Origin: Dipteris shenzhenensis
Taxonomy: Eukaryota
DNA length: 64,000 bases
Strand: one strand, 5' to 3'
Assembly (NCBI GenBank): GCA_047967505.1
Contig: CM106538.1
The position numbers were made by a program, and so were the translations under genes. Every line of letters starts with the position of its first letter. The stretch's first letter is position 1. Positions 25,901 to 38,929 of this stretch are shown here, one piece after another. The notes beneath the pieces are model-generated. The model was not told where the DNA came from. It was given only the letters and a program-made list of their open reading frames with translations, and did no database searches.

Positions 25901-28900
25901 AAGGTCGGTATATAGAATGTTATGCATAAGTTAGGAACTTTCCATAATTTAGATTGCTTATTTAATTGATTTTTTCTTGGTGTAGTGCACTATGTTCAAT
26001 GCTTTATGGTGTGAGGGCAAGCATTTTCGAACACAACGGATTGATGATAAGAGAAACACACAAGGTTACGGTGTCATTTCTAGCTTTGAGGGAGCCAATG
26101 GAGCCAATGGAGCCATGGATGATTATTGTGGCATAATCCAAGATACTATTAAGCTTGAATTTCGACGCTTCTTTGTGTATGTTTTGGATGTAAAGTGGTT
26201 TAAGGATGTGGTGGAAAGAGCCCCTAATGCAGCAATCAAATGCCATGCAAGTGGCTTTGTAACTATTGACTCCACAAAGTTTTAGCAAAGTAGGAAGGAC
26301 ACTCTAGTACTTCCACAACAATGTGAACAGCCCGGGGGATTCACAGGAGGAAACTTATGATATCACGTTGGATGGACAAAAATAGTAGAGCCTAACCCAC
26401 CTTCACAGCCACACTCATCCACGTTTAAAACACCCGAACAACACTATCACAAGGCCAAAGGAATTCATTCAACATCCTTCTCTCTACACATTTCCAGACA
26501 CAACTCAGACTCTGGTTACATTCTTCGAGAAGCCACACAACCTCAGAAAGAAAACCAGTGGACTACACAGCCCAACATGATGCTCCTACCACTGAGCTCA
26601 AGCTCACAAAGCATACAAAGACATAATGCATCCAATCCCACAATTCATCGGACAACCATCCACAACTTCCTTATAGATTAAAGGAAATCTGACATGCACT
26701 ACGCTCCCGTATCACAGCTCACCACCCTTGGAGATCTTGATATACTGCCTGGCAAGGCCTCTCTGTTCTCAACACTAGAGTATTGGTGTGCATTCAACAA
26801 CTAGCTAGCCATAAGCATGTTATTCCATCCTCGTTATTTCTTCCTTTATGAGGACCACCTTTGGCTTCATAGCTCAAACACCTCATGGAGCACATATACG
26901 TCCTTCCAAAATCCACCCAGTCGACAAAATGATGATGCCTCTCGCCATGTCCCAAAGCTCTGCCTCCGAGCAATGGTCGACCTCCCGACCGGATTACACC
27001 TCCTCTCCTCCTTAGTAGAGATCCCCCTCTGCTGCGTACCCTCCACAGCCAAAGGCCTCTTCTTCACCCATATATCCTTCAACCTTCATCTCGAACCATG
27101 CAGCCCCTCTTCTTTTCGTGATGATCTCCCTTCCAAAGCTCTCCTTCTGTTGCTCGTCCACGCACATAACCTCCTTTGTCATCAAGCCTCAGCACCCATA
27201 GCTTCTTTCCTGTTGGTCCTTTTAACAAGCTCCTCCTTGCTCACGTTTTGCTTTTTTAACCAAACTCCCCTCTATCCTCTTCTGAGAACCTTTCTGTAAG
27301 GGCAACGGCCCTCGAGCCAGATCCCTCAACCTCTAGTATGGACAGTCGTCCTCTTCATCAAACCAGTCGCTCCCAGCTAAGGCAACGACTGCCCTTCCGT
27401 CACCCCTCCAGTGATCACAGCCAATAACGCAGCTTCCCCTTCCGCTCCTTCTAGCCGTCGCCTTCACCCTTCAGAGCCCCTTCTTCACGTGAAGCTTTTG
27501 AACCAGATCCCCAGCTCGCAGAACAAAACGACCCCCATTGCCTCTCTGAGCTCGCATCATCGCGACCACAGTCAGGAATTTACAGGACTTCAATAAGTGC
27601 CACTTCGTCACACACAACGAACCCACAGCCAAAACTCTGCTCTTTGTTGCACACGAGCCTCACTACGCCTTCCGCTCTCGAGCTCCTTGAAGCTCTCCAC
27701 ATACCCGTCATTAAGCAACCTCTCTCCCCAGACCTTCAATCGCTCACGGTTTTCCTTCTTCCTTGGAACTCTCTTATTTTTCAACTTCCTCCCATCTACT
27801 ACGAGCCACTCACGCGATCCCCCAACTCACTTATGTGCAGCTCGTCCTCCTTCATCAGCATATTGCGATCCTCATCGACTCCTTCTCCCACTCAAGTCTC
27901 TCCCAGATCCCGTCGCCTTTCATCTCCAACCTACAAAGAGCGTCGCCCCCAATTCTCCAAACTCCCTCTCCAACGCAGTCCTCTTCCCAAACCCTTCCGT
28001 TCGTGTTGTTGCAACGCCCGCCCCCTCTTTCAACTTCCTTGCCGTCTCCTTTATCCAGAAGCCTCCTCTGCTCCACCGAGCACTACGAACCTCTCCTGCT
28101 CACTGAAACTCCCCCACACACACCTCCTCCCTCCGTTGAATCCTCGTCCCCCTTCATCGTTGCCATCCTCGCGAGCTCATGACCAGAAGCTTCCTTCATC
28201 ACGTAGCCACGTGCATGCATGCTCCTTTCCAAATCAATTTGGCCACCTTAGCTTTATTTGCCACCTCATCAGTGACATTTTACCACTCTCAAGACATTTC
28301 CCCCAAGTCACACACCAAGGCACTTAAGCACATATTCATTGACTATGTGCACACAATTGCATGCCACCAGTCGTTTGGCATTTGATTGCCCACTGACCAT
28401 CCACATATGATGAACACCATCCCGTCCCTGGTGGATACCATGAAGTGCTCGAAAGTTGCTCACACAAAATCTGATTGAACGCCAGCAAGCACACACACAG
28501 GTTGAACATCACACATGTACATATGTTCAGACGAGTTTGGGGTTTTCAAAAATCTTCACACAACGTGAGTGTACAATAGGGGTTTTTTTTTTAATGAGGC
28601 ATAAGCTTATACATTAGGGGTGGGGGGCCTTTTATTTTTTCCCAATATTGAATTTAAGTTAGGGGGGCCATGCCATATTTAAGAGGGGGGGACATACTAT
28701 AGGCTATCTTGGGTGACTAGTCCAAACAAGTTTGGTTTTGTGTATGGTTTTAAATCGTCATAGGGAAAGTAATCTAAATTTGCTTATTGTGTGATCTAAA
28801 TGCTTGAGAAAGAACGTAGATTTAAGGAAACGGGGGACATAATAGAATTTTGGTGGTATCTTATAAGCTTAAATAGGGGTGTTTTATCATCCTACATGGA

Positions 28901-29845
28901 TCTTAAATAGGGGGTTTTCTTGAAGTTCATGCACACAGGTGACGTCCCCCTTTCATGAAGAGTGAATCCCCCGAGGTGAACAGGTACTGTGCACACATAT
29001 AAAAATACTCGCTTTTAAATATTTGATGTAAGGAACATAACATGATTGTATTTGTGTTTGAATTAGGCTGTCTATCAACCAATGGTGGATAATAATAGAT
29101 GGTGGCATGTCATACCTATTATGCCACGTTCCAAAGTGATGTATACTACATTTACTAATATGGAGCGTATGGAGGATGATCATGGACATGGATGCGATGA
29201 TGACCGTGATACGAGAGAGGAGAATGATCATGAGATAGGAGATATAGATATTGAGGCCATTACCCATGAGGACGAGCCTACCATTGGTGATGCTGATTTC
29301 GATGAGCACATGAGTAGCACAAGTAGTAGTGGGTTGAATGTATTTGTAGATCTAAACACTTGTTTGGATTTTGAAGTAGATAGTTTGGCAAGGGTTGATC
29401 TCATTGAGGATGAGATTGGAACCGTAGCCCATCATTAATATTGGCAAAACTATTTTACATATTGTCTCATTCTCCTCACCTCACTTAATTCTTGTATATG
29501 TGGGCTTGCAAAAAAGCATTGATGTTTTTGTTAAAATTATGTGCTTTGGTAATCATGGGAAATGTTTGGAAAGCAATGATGTATTCCAAAATCTCACTTT
29601 CTATATTCTCTATTTTGCATCTAAATACGCGTCTAATTCCCAATATAAATGCACAAATAGACGCGCTGATAAACGCAATGTTAGACGGGCACGTATTTTC
29701 TCAGTGTAGACGTGCAAATACGCGAGCTGTTAGACGTGCTATTAGACGTGCCCGTAATTTCTCTATTCAAGCAATGCCTATAGACGTGCCCACTATTTTG
29801 TGCATCTATCAAGCACATCTATAGTTGCTTTGTGTTGTTGTGCAA
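22994..29845 (+). mobile_element. CACTA element B: near-complete decayed multi-exon TnpD-like transposase, inverted homolog of element A
   Basis: IHACVNDCVLF, KVLRHFPI, DSPAWKH, LGMDGVN, KPLIDEL, HDFPGY, HLLDPMHIFKNV, GLKSHDWH, RPEGSMAEG, DYCGIIQD. Colinear with the reverse complement of 16800-18867. Confidence 0.9.
26331..28975. mobile_element. 2.6-kb TIR element, TIR C(C/T)CGGGGGATTCAC, 8-bp TSD GTGAACAG; no recognisable transposase
   Basis: TSD at 26323-26330 and 28976-28983. The empty site is visible in the inverted paralog at ~17560-17570. Confidence 0.92.
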
Positions 29846-29859
29846 ATGCACTTGAGTTG

Positions 29860-32800
29860 TCATAATGCTCGAGGGAAAGTGCTTCTCAAGCAAGCATACC
29901 ACTTTGATGGATTCCACCCTAGCCTTCTTGATGCTCGATATGGAGATCTCTTTTTGAGATATCCACCTATTTCACATGTCCATGTAAGATATATTCATAA
30001 TCAGTCTACAGATTATTCATACTAAATTGAAGAAAATGCAATCAATGCGATTTGATAGTAAGCATACCTCACAATACCACTGATCTTGAATATAGCGTTT
30101 CTAACATTTTCTTGTAAGCACCCTTTTATTATAATTGGAAGGATGAACTATCACAACAAAGAAGTCATGTCAAGAATATAACATAATCATAATTACACTA
30201 ACGCATCACGATCATCAGTACACTAATCCTACAACTTAGAATACTTGTAAGACCTTGTGCCAATCATGGGACTTAAGCCCACTAAGCTTATTGTCCTTTG
30301 AAAATGCTCCTTTCAAGCAATGCATGTACCTTGTGGGTGTTCGAAAAGAGGGAATGTCTGCCTTGATTGCTACCTCCTCTCTCATGGAGAGGATCCATGT
30401 TGCTTTTGGGAGGATAACTTTTCCTGAAGCATGCACTCAAGGCCACAAACGAGACATCCTATTCATAGCACACAAGTCTTCTTGCACTCCTCTCAAGTCT
30501 TTGGAACCAACCAAGTGTGCCCAAATAGTACCCACATTTTTGAATATATGCATGGGATCCAAGAGGTGATTGATTTGTAACTGACCCCAATAAGGAAGCT
30601 CGTGAAAGATGGATAGCCTCTTCATACCATGAGGAGGTTCCTCTCCATTTTCCCTCCAAGCCTGAATCCAGTCACTTGCCTTCAAATATGGTGGTGGTGG
30701 ATCAAGCTGACCTCCACGCGAGAGATGGTCCATTGGAAGGTATCGAGCATGACCTTCATAAACATTTTTCCTCATATTTTTGGAGTATTGTGCAAGCGAT
30801 TTCAAACCCAGTCCACAAATAGGACAAGCATGGTACCCACTTGTAACAAGTTCTGCATGCATGCATGAATGTGTTAGTATAATACATGCGTGCGAAAGAG
30901 AGTCATAAAAGCATAATCCTATATTATACATGTAAAGACACAACCACATACCTAGGCACTCTCCATATCCTGGGTAGTCATGCATGGTCCACATCAAGAT
31001 ACCATTGACCAAAATATCATTGGTATGTCTAGGAGCTCTGGAAATATTAAAGACCCCCACTCCTCTCCATAAGATCTGTAACTCCTCTATCAAAGGTGCC
31101 ATGTATATGTCCATATTTTTGGCCTTGTACTTCCCTGGCACAAGTAGTGCAAGCATGAGGTGTCCCTTCTTTATTGTTAGCCATGCTGGGATATTGTAAT
31201 TCACCAAGACTATGGGCCATATCGACCAAGATGTCGAGCGTAACCCGAAAGGATTCACACTGTCCATGGAGAGCCCAAGATGTAAGTTGCGTGGCTCCCT
31301 CGCAAAGTCTGGCCACTGATTGTCCATGTGCTTCCAAGCTGAACAATCTATGGGAATCCTCAATGTGTCATCAGTGGACCGATGACATGCATGCGAAGTC
31401 ATCAACTCCGCTATGGATTTGCATCGGAACATGTGCTATATTCTTGCAATGATGGGACAGTGTCTCAAGACCTTTATTGGTATTTGCTCACCCCACAAGT
31501 CATCTCTATATCGTTGTTCCCCACACTTCAGACAACTAGTCAAATCTCCATGCTCACGACAAAAGAGAATACAGTCATTACAGCAAGCATGGATGGTATC
31601 ATAATCAATATCCACCATTGTTAGCATCTTCTTCGCTTCATCTCTTGATGCGGGCATGGTATTTGGTGCAGGCAACATCTTCTGGAGCAACCTATCACAA
31701 TTCAAACATACATAGGCTTCGAATAATGATGATTCTCAAACATACATGATGATTCTCACCTCTCTTTTCCCCTTTTCTTTCTCTTTTTCCCTCTTTTAAA
31801 GCAACAAAGAAGTCATGTCACTAATCCTATAGCTTAAAATACCTGTAAGACATTGAGCAAGCTTAGAATCCTACAGCCTAACATTGAGCAAACATTTACA
31901 TACTCTTTCATTCTTTGAATTAGAGTGACAAAAATCTGTATCTATTTGCTGAATGGTAGGCTATTGAAGCTTCGCATGGGGAAAAAGAGAGAAGAAAAGA
32001 GAGGAGAACAAAGAGAGAAAAAGAGAGGAGAAAAAGGAGAAAAGAGAGGAGAAAAAAGATAAAAAAAGAGAGGAGATAAGAGAGAAAAAGAGAGAAAGTG
32101 AAAATATAAAAAGTGGGGATAAAAGAGAAAAAAAGAGAAGGAAAGAGAGGAGAAAAGAGAGGAAAATAGAGGAAAAGAGAGGAGAAAAAAGAGAGAAAAA
32201 GAGAGGAGATAAGAGAGAAAAAAAGAGGAGATAAGAGAGGAAAAGAGAGGATAAAAGAGAGTCACAATTCAAACATACATAGGCTTCAAATAATGATGAT
32301 TCTCAAACATACATGATGATTATCAAAACAAACAATATCCAAATAATGAGTCAAATTAATGTGGGAGCTAATCTCATTAAGGCCAAGACACTTGTATCCG
32401 ACCACCCATACTTTGCTTGCCGATTCAAGATTGAGAGACAAGCCCACAGTTTAGACATCCTAGCACCCTCATACAACTGTGTTGATTACAACTCTCGCAT
32501 ATTGACCTGAGACTCTGCCATCACATGTACATGTGATGTAGTGCCTCTGAAAATAGAATCCATCATGTCCACCATACCCTCGTTATCATCTGGCACATCC
32601 GGGAGACTATAGTCCTACCCAAAGTATGAAGGTATATGTGCACCCTCGCCACTCTCCTCATCCTGTCTCAAGATTTTGTGTAAATATAAGATCTTGTCTC
32701 AAGGATTCGTGTCATAATGGTATCCAATATTAATCACAAACTCAAATAGGATTGACTTATTGATGATCCATCACCATGTGCAACACCAACGATTGGTACT

Positions 32801-32960
32801 GGTTCGGGCTCCTCCCCATACATCCGCAAGTGGCACATGATGATATGATGTTGATGTCGTACTTCTTACTTGCAATGAGTGCAATGAGAATACAACCTCT
32901 CTGTAAGCCACTCTGTGCTCCTGGGCATTGGCGCATCATCTGACGAGCTTCCACTCGTCC
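29860..32960 (-). pseudogene. CACTA transposase, third subfamily (element C), 3'-truncated
   Basis: IHACCNDCILF, KVLRHCPI, DCSAWKH, LSMDSVNPF, WTMHDYPGY, HLLDPMHIFKNV, LSGLKSHDWH; N-terminal CATC motif near 32830. Confidence 0.9.
31975..32261. repeat. Degenerate GA/CT-rich simple repeat
   Basis: AAAAGAGAGGAG-type units. Confidence 0.9.
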
Positions 32961-34261
32961 CTTCCATCTACACACTTCCAAAATCACAACATGAGCTGCA
33001 AGGAAATCTATTAAGATCCAAAAAATAGCCACCCATGAGCACCTTTTCTCTCTTTTGACAATAAGTGCCCTAAACCGTCGCTATATAGCGACGCTTTGCC
33101 CTATTCCATCGCTATATAGCGATGTTTTTTGGATATAAATGTTGCTATATAGCGATGCTGGGGCTTGAACTCGAAACCCCATGCGACATCGTCTTTCACA
33201 TCTCTATTGCGGGAAAAGCAAAAATCTCTCCTCCCACCTTATATTCAACGATCTCGCTTTCCTCTTCTCTATTGCCCACTCCTCACCCCTACCCAGCCCC
33301 TCTCCCAACAGTTGTGCTCCCTCTCTGCTTGTGTGAAAGGAAGTTTTTCAAGAAGGTGAGCCTCTTTAAGCAATATAGGTTCATTTTTTGTGAGATTTTG
33401 TTTTGTGAGTGTTGAAACATGTTTCTCCTTGTATTGTTAAGGCTATGTGCTAATTTTCATGCTTGATTTTTAGAGGTTAAGGAAAAAAAACGAGATTTGG
33501 TGAAAGAAAGAAGACTCACCTCTTCTCTTTTTGGTATTTCTCTTCCTCCTCTTTCTCCTTGTTTGTAGGCTTATGCTTTCTCCTTATAGGCTAATGCTTG
33601 TCTCCTCAATCCAATCCCTTTGAGAAGTTGCTTCTCTAAACTCCTCCTTCCTCTAACTAGTTATCTAAAAGATGGTATGTTCCCTCTCTTTTATAGATCC
33701 AGTCCACAAAACACCCGAGCGGGACTTTTCCAGGTAAGAAAGTGCTTTCTCTTTTTTCCTTTTGTTATTTTCGTTATTTGCATTGGTGTGACGCTCCCAT
33801 TTTGTATATGAAATATTTTGGAATATATATCACAGATAGTGTTCAAAAAGGATGGTTTTGATGCTTTGAATGTTTTGGGAAAGTTTGGTGTTGGTCAAAA
33901 AATTTTGGTTTTTGTCCATTATGGTGTCGGCTGGATTTTGCAGCTTGATTTTGAGTTGGTTAGAGAAATAATTTGAAGAAACTCTGTATGAGAAAGTTTT
34001 AGATCTTATTGAGTAGAAAAACTTTGTTCTAGTGAAAAATTTGTGGTTCACTCATTTGCATGCCTGTATGGAGGTCAAAAGTTGCTAACAAAGTGGTTTT
34101 GAGCTAAAAGTGCATCTAGATTTCCATGTCGAGTTGCAGGCATTAGATGGAGGTCAAGATGGAAGAATTAGACATGAAAGGTCAAATGCAAAGGGAATGA
34201 AGACGGTCTGATCTTCGAGATGAGCTATTGAGCTTGTTTATTGGATCTATGAGGCGGGCGT

Positions 34262-36220
34262 TGTGATACTCCGAACAGGGCCATTTTCATGCCTTTTATA
34301 AAGAGAGACGTCCAGATTTCGTACGCGTTCACTATCAAAAGAGCACGCTAAAAGAAGGTGAAAAGCACACGCACGCTTTTTGAGAAAAGCTATTTTTGGC
34401 CGAATTTGGGGGCTTTTGGCCGTCTTCTTTTGGAATCATGAAAGGCTATAAAAGAAGAGGAGATCGTGAGAAGAACACACAATCCAACGCATGCATATCG
34501 AGGCTACGTGAAAGAGAAGAGAAGGCACGCATATCGAGGCTGCGCGAAAGCGAAGAGAAGGCACACATATCGAGGTTGCTCGAGAGAAGAGAAGGCACAC
34601 ATATCAAGGCACTGCGGAAGTGACAATTAGCGCACGCGAATCGAGGCAGTGCAAAGAAGAAGATAAGATCAAGATATTTTGAGAGTGAGAGTGTGATTGA
34701 GATTTGATCATTTGATTTGAACATCTTCATGCGAGTGAGAGTGAGAGTGAGATAGCTCGGGGGTGGACGGGTGGTATCGAGCTCCTTCACGGAGTGATTC
34801 TTCTCCAAAATTATTGTAAAGACTCATCAGTTTGATTCATACTGCAATCTCTCTTCTTGTTCATTCGTGATTATTATCTTGCTACAATTTTGATCGTGAT
34901 TGTGAAAGAACAGTGCGTGACAAGTGGTATCAGAGCCCAATTTCGATGGCAGACAACGAGGCAATTATGAAGAAACTAGAAGAACAAGATTCATTGATTC
35001 GAAGGCTAACCATGGAATTAAATAGATTGTCCAAAGGAAAAGGCGTAGCGGATGATGGAGCTAGTGGTGGTGTTGTTGGCAGAAATTTAGAAGATGAAGA
35101 GGTCTATGTCGGCGTACCGAACCGAAGGAGACAAACAGGTGAGGAAGATGTTGCCGAATCTACTCTTTTGCAATTTTTTAAGAAAGCGAAACTATTTAAA
35201 TTTGATGGTGAGAAGAAGACCAGGGAAGATTTGGAAGTGTAGCTTGAAGAACTTGAAGATTTCTTTGCTCTACAAGAGCTTGATGAAGCGGGAAAGGCTA
35301 AGATCGTAGCACTACAATTACGTGGAGTTGCAAAACTATGGTCGAAGTCGCATGTGCAAATCCGACAACATCAAGATCAACCCATCACATGGGCTAAATT
35401 CAGAACTGCAGCTGAAAAGAGGTATTGTTCTCCACATTATTATATGGAAAAGAAGATGGAGTTCTATAATTTTAAGCAAGTATAAGAGGGAAAACATAAT
35501 CTCTCTGTGGATGAGTATAAAGAGAAGTTCCTACGATTACATAAGTACGTACCTGAGGTCACAGGTGAAGCTCTTACTCACAAATTTGTGGAAGGGCTTA
35601 AGGAAGATCTTTTATATATCATGAAAGGAACACGATCAAGTGATTTCTTGGATGCTGTGGCTAAGGCCGAAAACTTTGAAAAGATGGAAGAATATAACCT
35701 AAGAAAGATAGCAAAATCAAAGTTCATTCCAACAGGTCATCGTTCTCAAGGGTCACAAGGTTCAGGTATGCCTCAACGAAAACGTGATTATTCGAATATG
35801 CCTATATTTCAAGAGAGGAGTAGCCAACCTAGGTACAACCAAGTGGGAAGGCCAAACTTTAATAACCAAAATCAGAATCAGAATCAAAATCAAAATAAAA
35901 GAAATAAAGGAGTTTCAAATCAGAAAACCCAAGAAAATGCACCTTGGAAAAGTGATCAAGAGATTATTGAATGGGCAAGAAGATTGGGATTATGTTTCCG
36001 ATGTGGTGAGCAAGGTCACCGAACATTTGAGTGCCCGAATAAAGCAAAATTTAATTTTATGAAAGGACCAATTATGGGAGCAAAGACGAATTAGATGAAT
36101 CCAACCATCGACGAAGCGGGGACAAAGGTAAGTGCTTGGAACCTATGAAATGTATGGCATCTTCCACAACTCATATGCATGCATCTGTGATTAAAGTAAT
36201 GGGGAAAATTGGGAATCAAT
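34262..36220 (+). mobile_element. 5' part of a Ty3/gypsy element: LTR 34262-34922, PBS 34925-34936, gag ~34946-36094; truncated near the protease
   Basis: TG..CA LTR followed by TGGTATCAGAGC. Gag SVDEYKEKFLRLHKYVP..KFVEGLK and zinc knuckle LCFRCGEQGHRTFECP. The LTR 5' boundary is inferred because there is no second LTR. Confidence 0.85.
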
Positions 36221-36614
36221 CTTGAGGGCGAGCACCTTTGGCCATAGTAGAGTTCTGTGTGCGATTAGCACTCTGCTTCCCTGTGTTTTGGAAATTTGTA
36301 ATGCGCTCTGCGTAAGCAATAGCGCCAGCTGTGGTGGTGATGTTTGCTTTAAGGACATCATTCTCAGTTAAACCATCAATCTCCAGCACCAATGTGGTGA
36401 ACTGAGAGATGTAGGAAGACAGGGAGCCTGTTTGCTCTAACTGTTGGAGTTTTGAGCATGCTTGGAAGTCCGCATTGGCAGGTATGAGTCTAAAGGATAG
36501 TGAGACTGATGCTCTTTGGGCTTGGAGTGGGGTCGTGCACCTCGTAGCAATTGATTGGATGATTCCACTAGGTCCTTTGTATACAACAGTTTTGGGAGGA
36601 GCATTGTAGAGCAT
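36221..36614 (-). pseudogene. Ty3/gypsy gag fragment (different element)
   Basis: ACSKLQQLEQTGSLSSYISQFTTLVLEI resembles the retrotransposon gag homology region. Confidence 0.65.
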
Positions 36615-36619
36615 CCCCG

Positions 36620-38602
36620 GTGTTCAAGAAGGCATTGTGGAAGAGGGTGTCATGCGGTGTGTACATTGAGCATGGTGCATGTTTTTTGGAGTGTACCCAG
36701 ACTGAGTTGTACACTCAGTTTGTAGAGGCACACCTGGAGTTCAGGATTGGGCAGAGGTCATTTGAGCGATGCAGGCCATGGTTTGTGCGATGCTCTCAGG
36801 AGCATGACACATGCTGTTGTCGCTACCATGTGGATTTTGGATTGATGTATGACGTATTCTATTTCCTTGATGGTCATAGGGGAGTGGTTCCTACTAGCCC
36901 TCACGACTTCATTCATTCCATATTGTGTACATGAGATGGCGATGCTTTATTCCACTCCCTTGATTGTGTGGAAGGCCAGTTGCACTAGATACTTGTGATG
37001 TGCAAATGGTTCATTGGCAGCAGTATGAGTACAGTACCCTAACATTAGATGGTGGTGCACAGTCGAGGAGGTTGCAACTTGTGGGGAAGGAGACACCACG
37101 TGTTGTATTCATTGATAGTTTTCAAGGGAAGCTGTACCGCTACATACGCCACTCGCACACTACGAAGTGGGAGGATCATCAGTTCCGTGCATGTTTGAGG
37201 ACATTTCCTATAGGGGTGATTGTCTCAGTGGTGGACCTTGTGGAGAATTATACCTTTGCATCATAGCATGAGATCCAATTGGAGTATTATTTCTCCGAAC
37301 AGGTGACGTGTGATTGAGTTATTGGTTTTTTTATGGCCTCATTATATTGAATTATTTCAATAGTCATATTTTTTTTCAATGCCATATTATAGGTTGCTAT
37401 ATTTGTGCACATTAGCTATCGTCATGCACAGGCTCATGTGGATGGCATTGATAGCACCATGGACTCACGCGTCATTGTGCGAGAGTATCACTTCTACATT
37501 AGTGATGATCGATCGAATCTCGATCGCATGATGCCCATTTTGTGTAGCATTGCTTCACTTTGCATGATAGTTCTTGAGGGATCATGGTGTCACATGGCAG
37601 CAGCACTGGATCTAGTCAGATGGCTATGGTGGTCAGTTCAAATTTGCTAGATAGTTTTATTGGTTCTGCAGATGGCACCGTGAGACAGGCATTCCGATCA
37701 CATGGAGCTACTTCGAGACAGGGCACGGTAAGGGAGAGCATGATGGTGTAGGTGCTTACATGAAGCGTGCTTTGCATCGATACTAGTTGTGTCACAGTGC
37801 CGATCACTTCAAGGATGCACATGATGTGGTGCGGTGGTGCAGCCAGCACTTATCCACTAGTGCTATCTCCTTGTTTCAGTCGCGTGACGATAGGGTGGTG
37901 AGCTAGTATTTTTGGTGCGTGGACATTGGGAGTCTTGATCAGTCTAGGCCTTTTGATTGTCCTTCAGTGTCTAGCACTCTTTATTTCCATTCCATCAGGA
38001 GCATAGGTGAGTCTCACCCCACGATCTTTTCTCGACGGTTTGCATGTTTTTGCTCCGCATGCATTGATGATGATTGGGGAGGGTGCTCCATGATACCATG
38101 GGCCGATCCATGGGCACGGCGATTGCTTTCTCCCTTCCAGCCTTGGGAGGAGGTACATGATGATCAAGATGCGGGATTCAGTTCCTATAGAGATTATGAC
38201 CAGCTTATAGATATGTTGCGTATTGGTGATATCTTCGCGGTCATTGCTCCGGAGGGCAATGAGGAGGGTGTGGATTATTACTTGTTGCGATGCTCTATGG
38301 TGAAGAGTGTGCTAAATGAGGATACAGTGGATGGGCATGGGATGCACTTCAATGCTCATAGCATGATCGTAGGTGGCCACTATTTTCAGTAGATACAGAG
38401 GCATGGTTGCTATATTGAGTTCCAGTAGTACATGGCGGATTAGGAGGCATACATGTATTCTCATCTTGTTGTCGCGATCAAGATTACTATGAGTCGTGTT
38501 CGCACTCGCAAGGTGACATCCACTCCACAATGGTGCCTTGCAGTGGAGGATCATGAGAGCATACTTACAACTATTGGCATGAGAGCCGATCCTGAGGAGT
38601 AG
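36620..38602 (+). pseudogene. Sola2-type DDD transposase relic (intron 37303-37392)
   Basis: RPWFVR..TCCCRYH; VDLVENYTF..EIQLEYY..QV; YISDDR..HD; SDGYGGQFK; WSYFETGHGKGEHDGVGAYMKRAL; FHSIR..RRFACFCSAC. Stops and frameshifts present. Confidence 0.72.
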
Positions 38603-38929
38603 CACATTACATATCATAGTTTTGGGATCATCAGTTGATCAGATAGATTTTTATTGAGTATCACTAGTTGATTACATATTTTTGTATTCAATATGTATAG
38701 GCTCATTGTGTGACCGTACCATTGTAATTTTCATGGACTCATATTTTGTATTTCACTATGATGGTTTTATACATGTTCATACACATCATTGTATTAGATT
38801 CTATTTTACACATGATGTCCGTTGTCTTCTCAATGGGATTTGTTGTTTCTGTAAAACAAAAAATTGTTTATTAGTAGTAATGTTGTAATTGTGTTTTGTG
38901 CTTTAGGACATTTAAAAATGTGACTAAGA

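Noticed and set aside
27411-28327. Overlapping 140-230 aa plus-strand ORFs
   Set aside because: Open in all three frames because C-rich composition lacks stops; no domain motifs.
31942-32272. Hydrophobic Phe/Leu/Ser ORFs resembling membrane proteins
   Set aside because: Translation of a CT-rich simple repeat.
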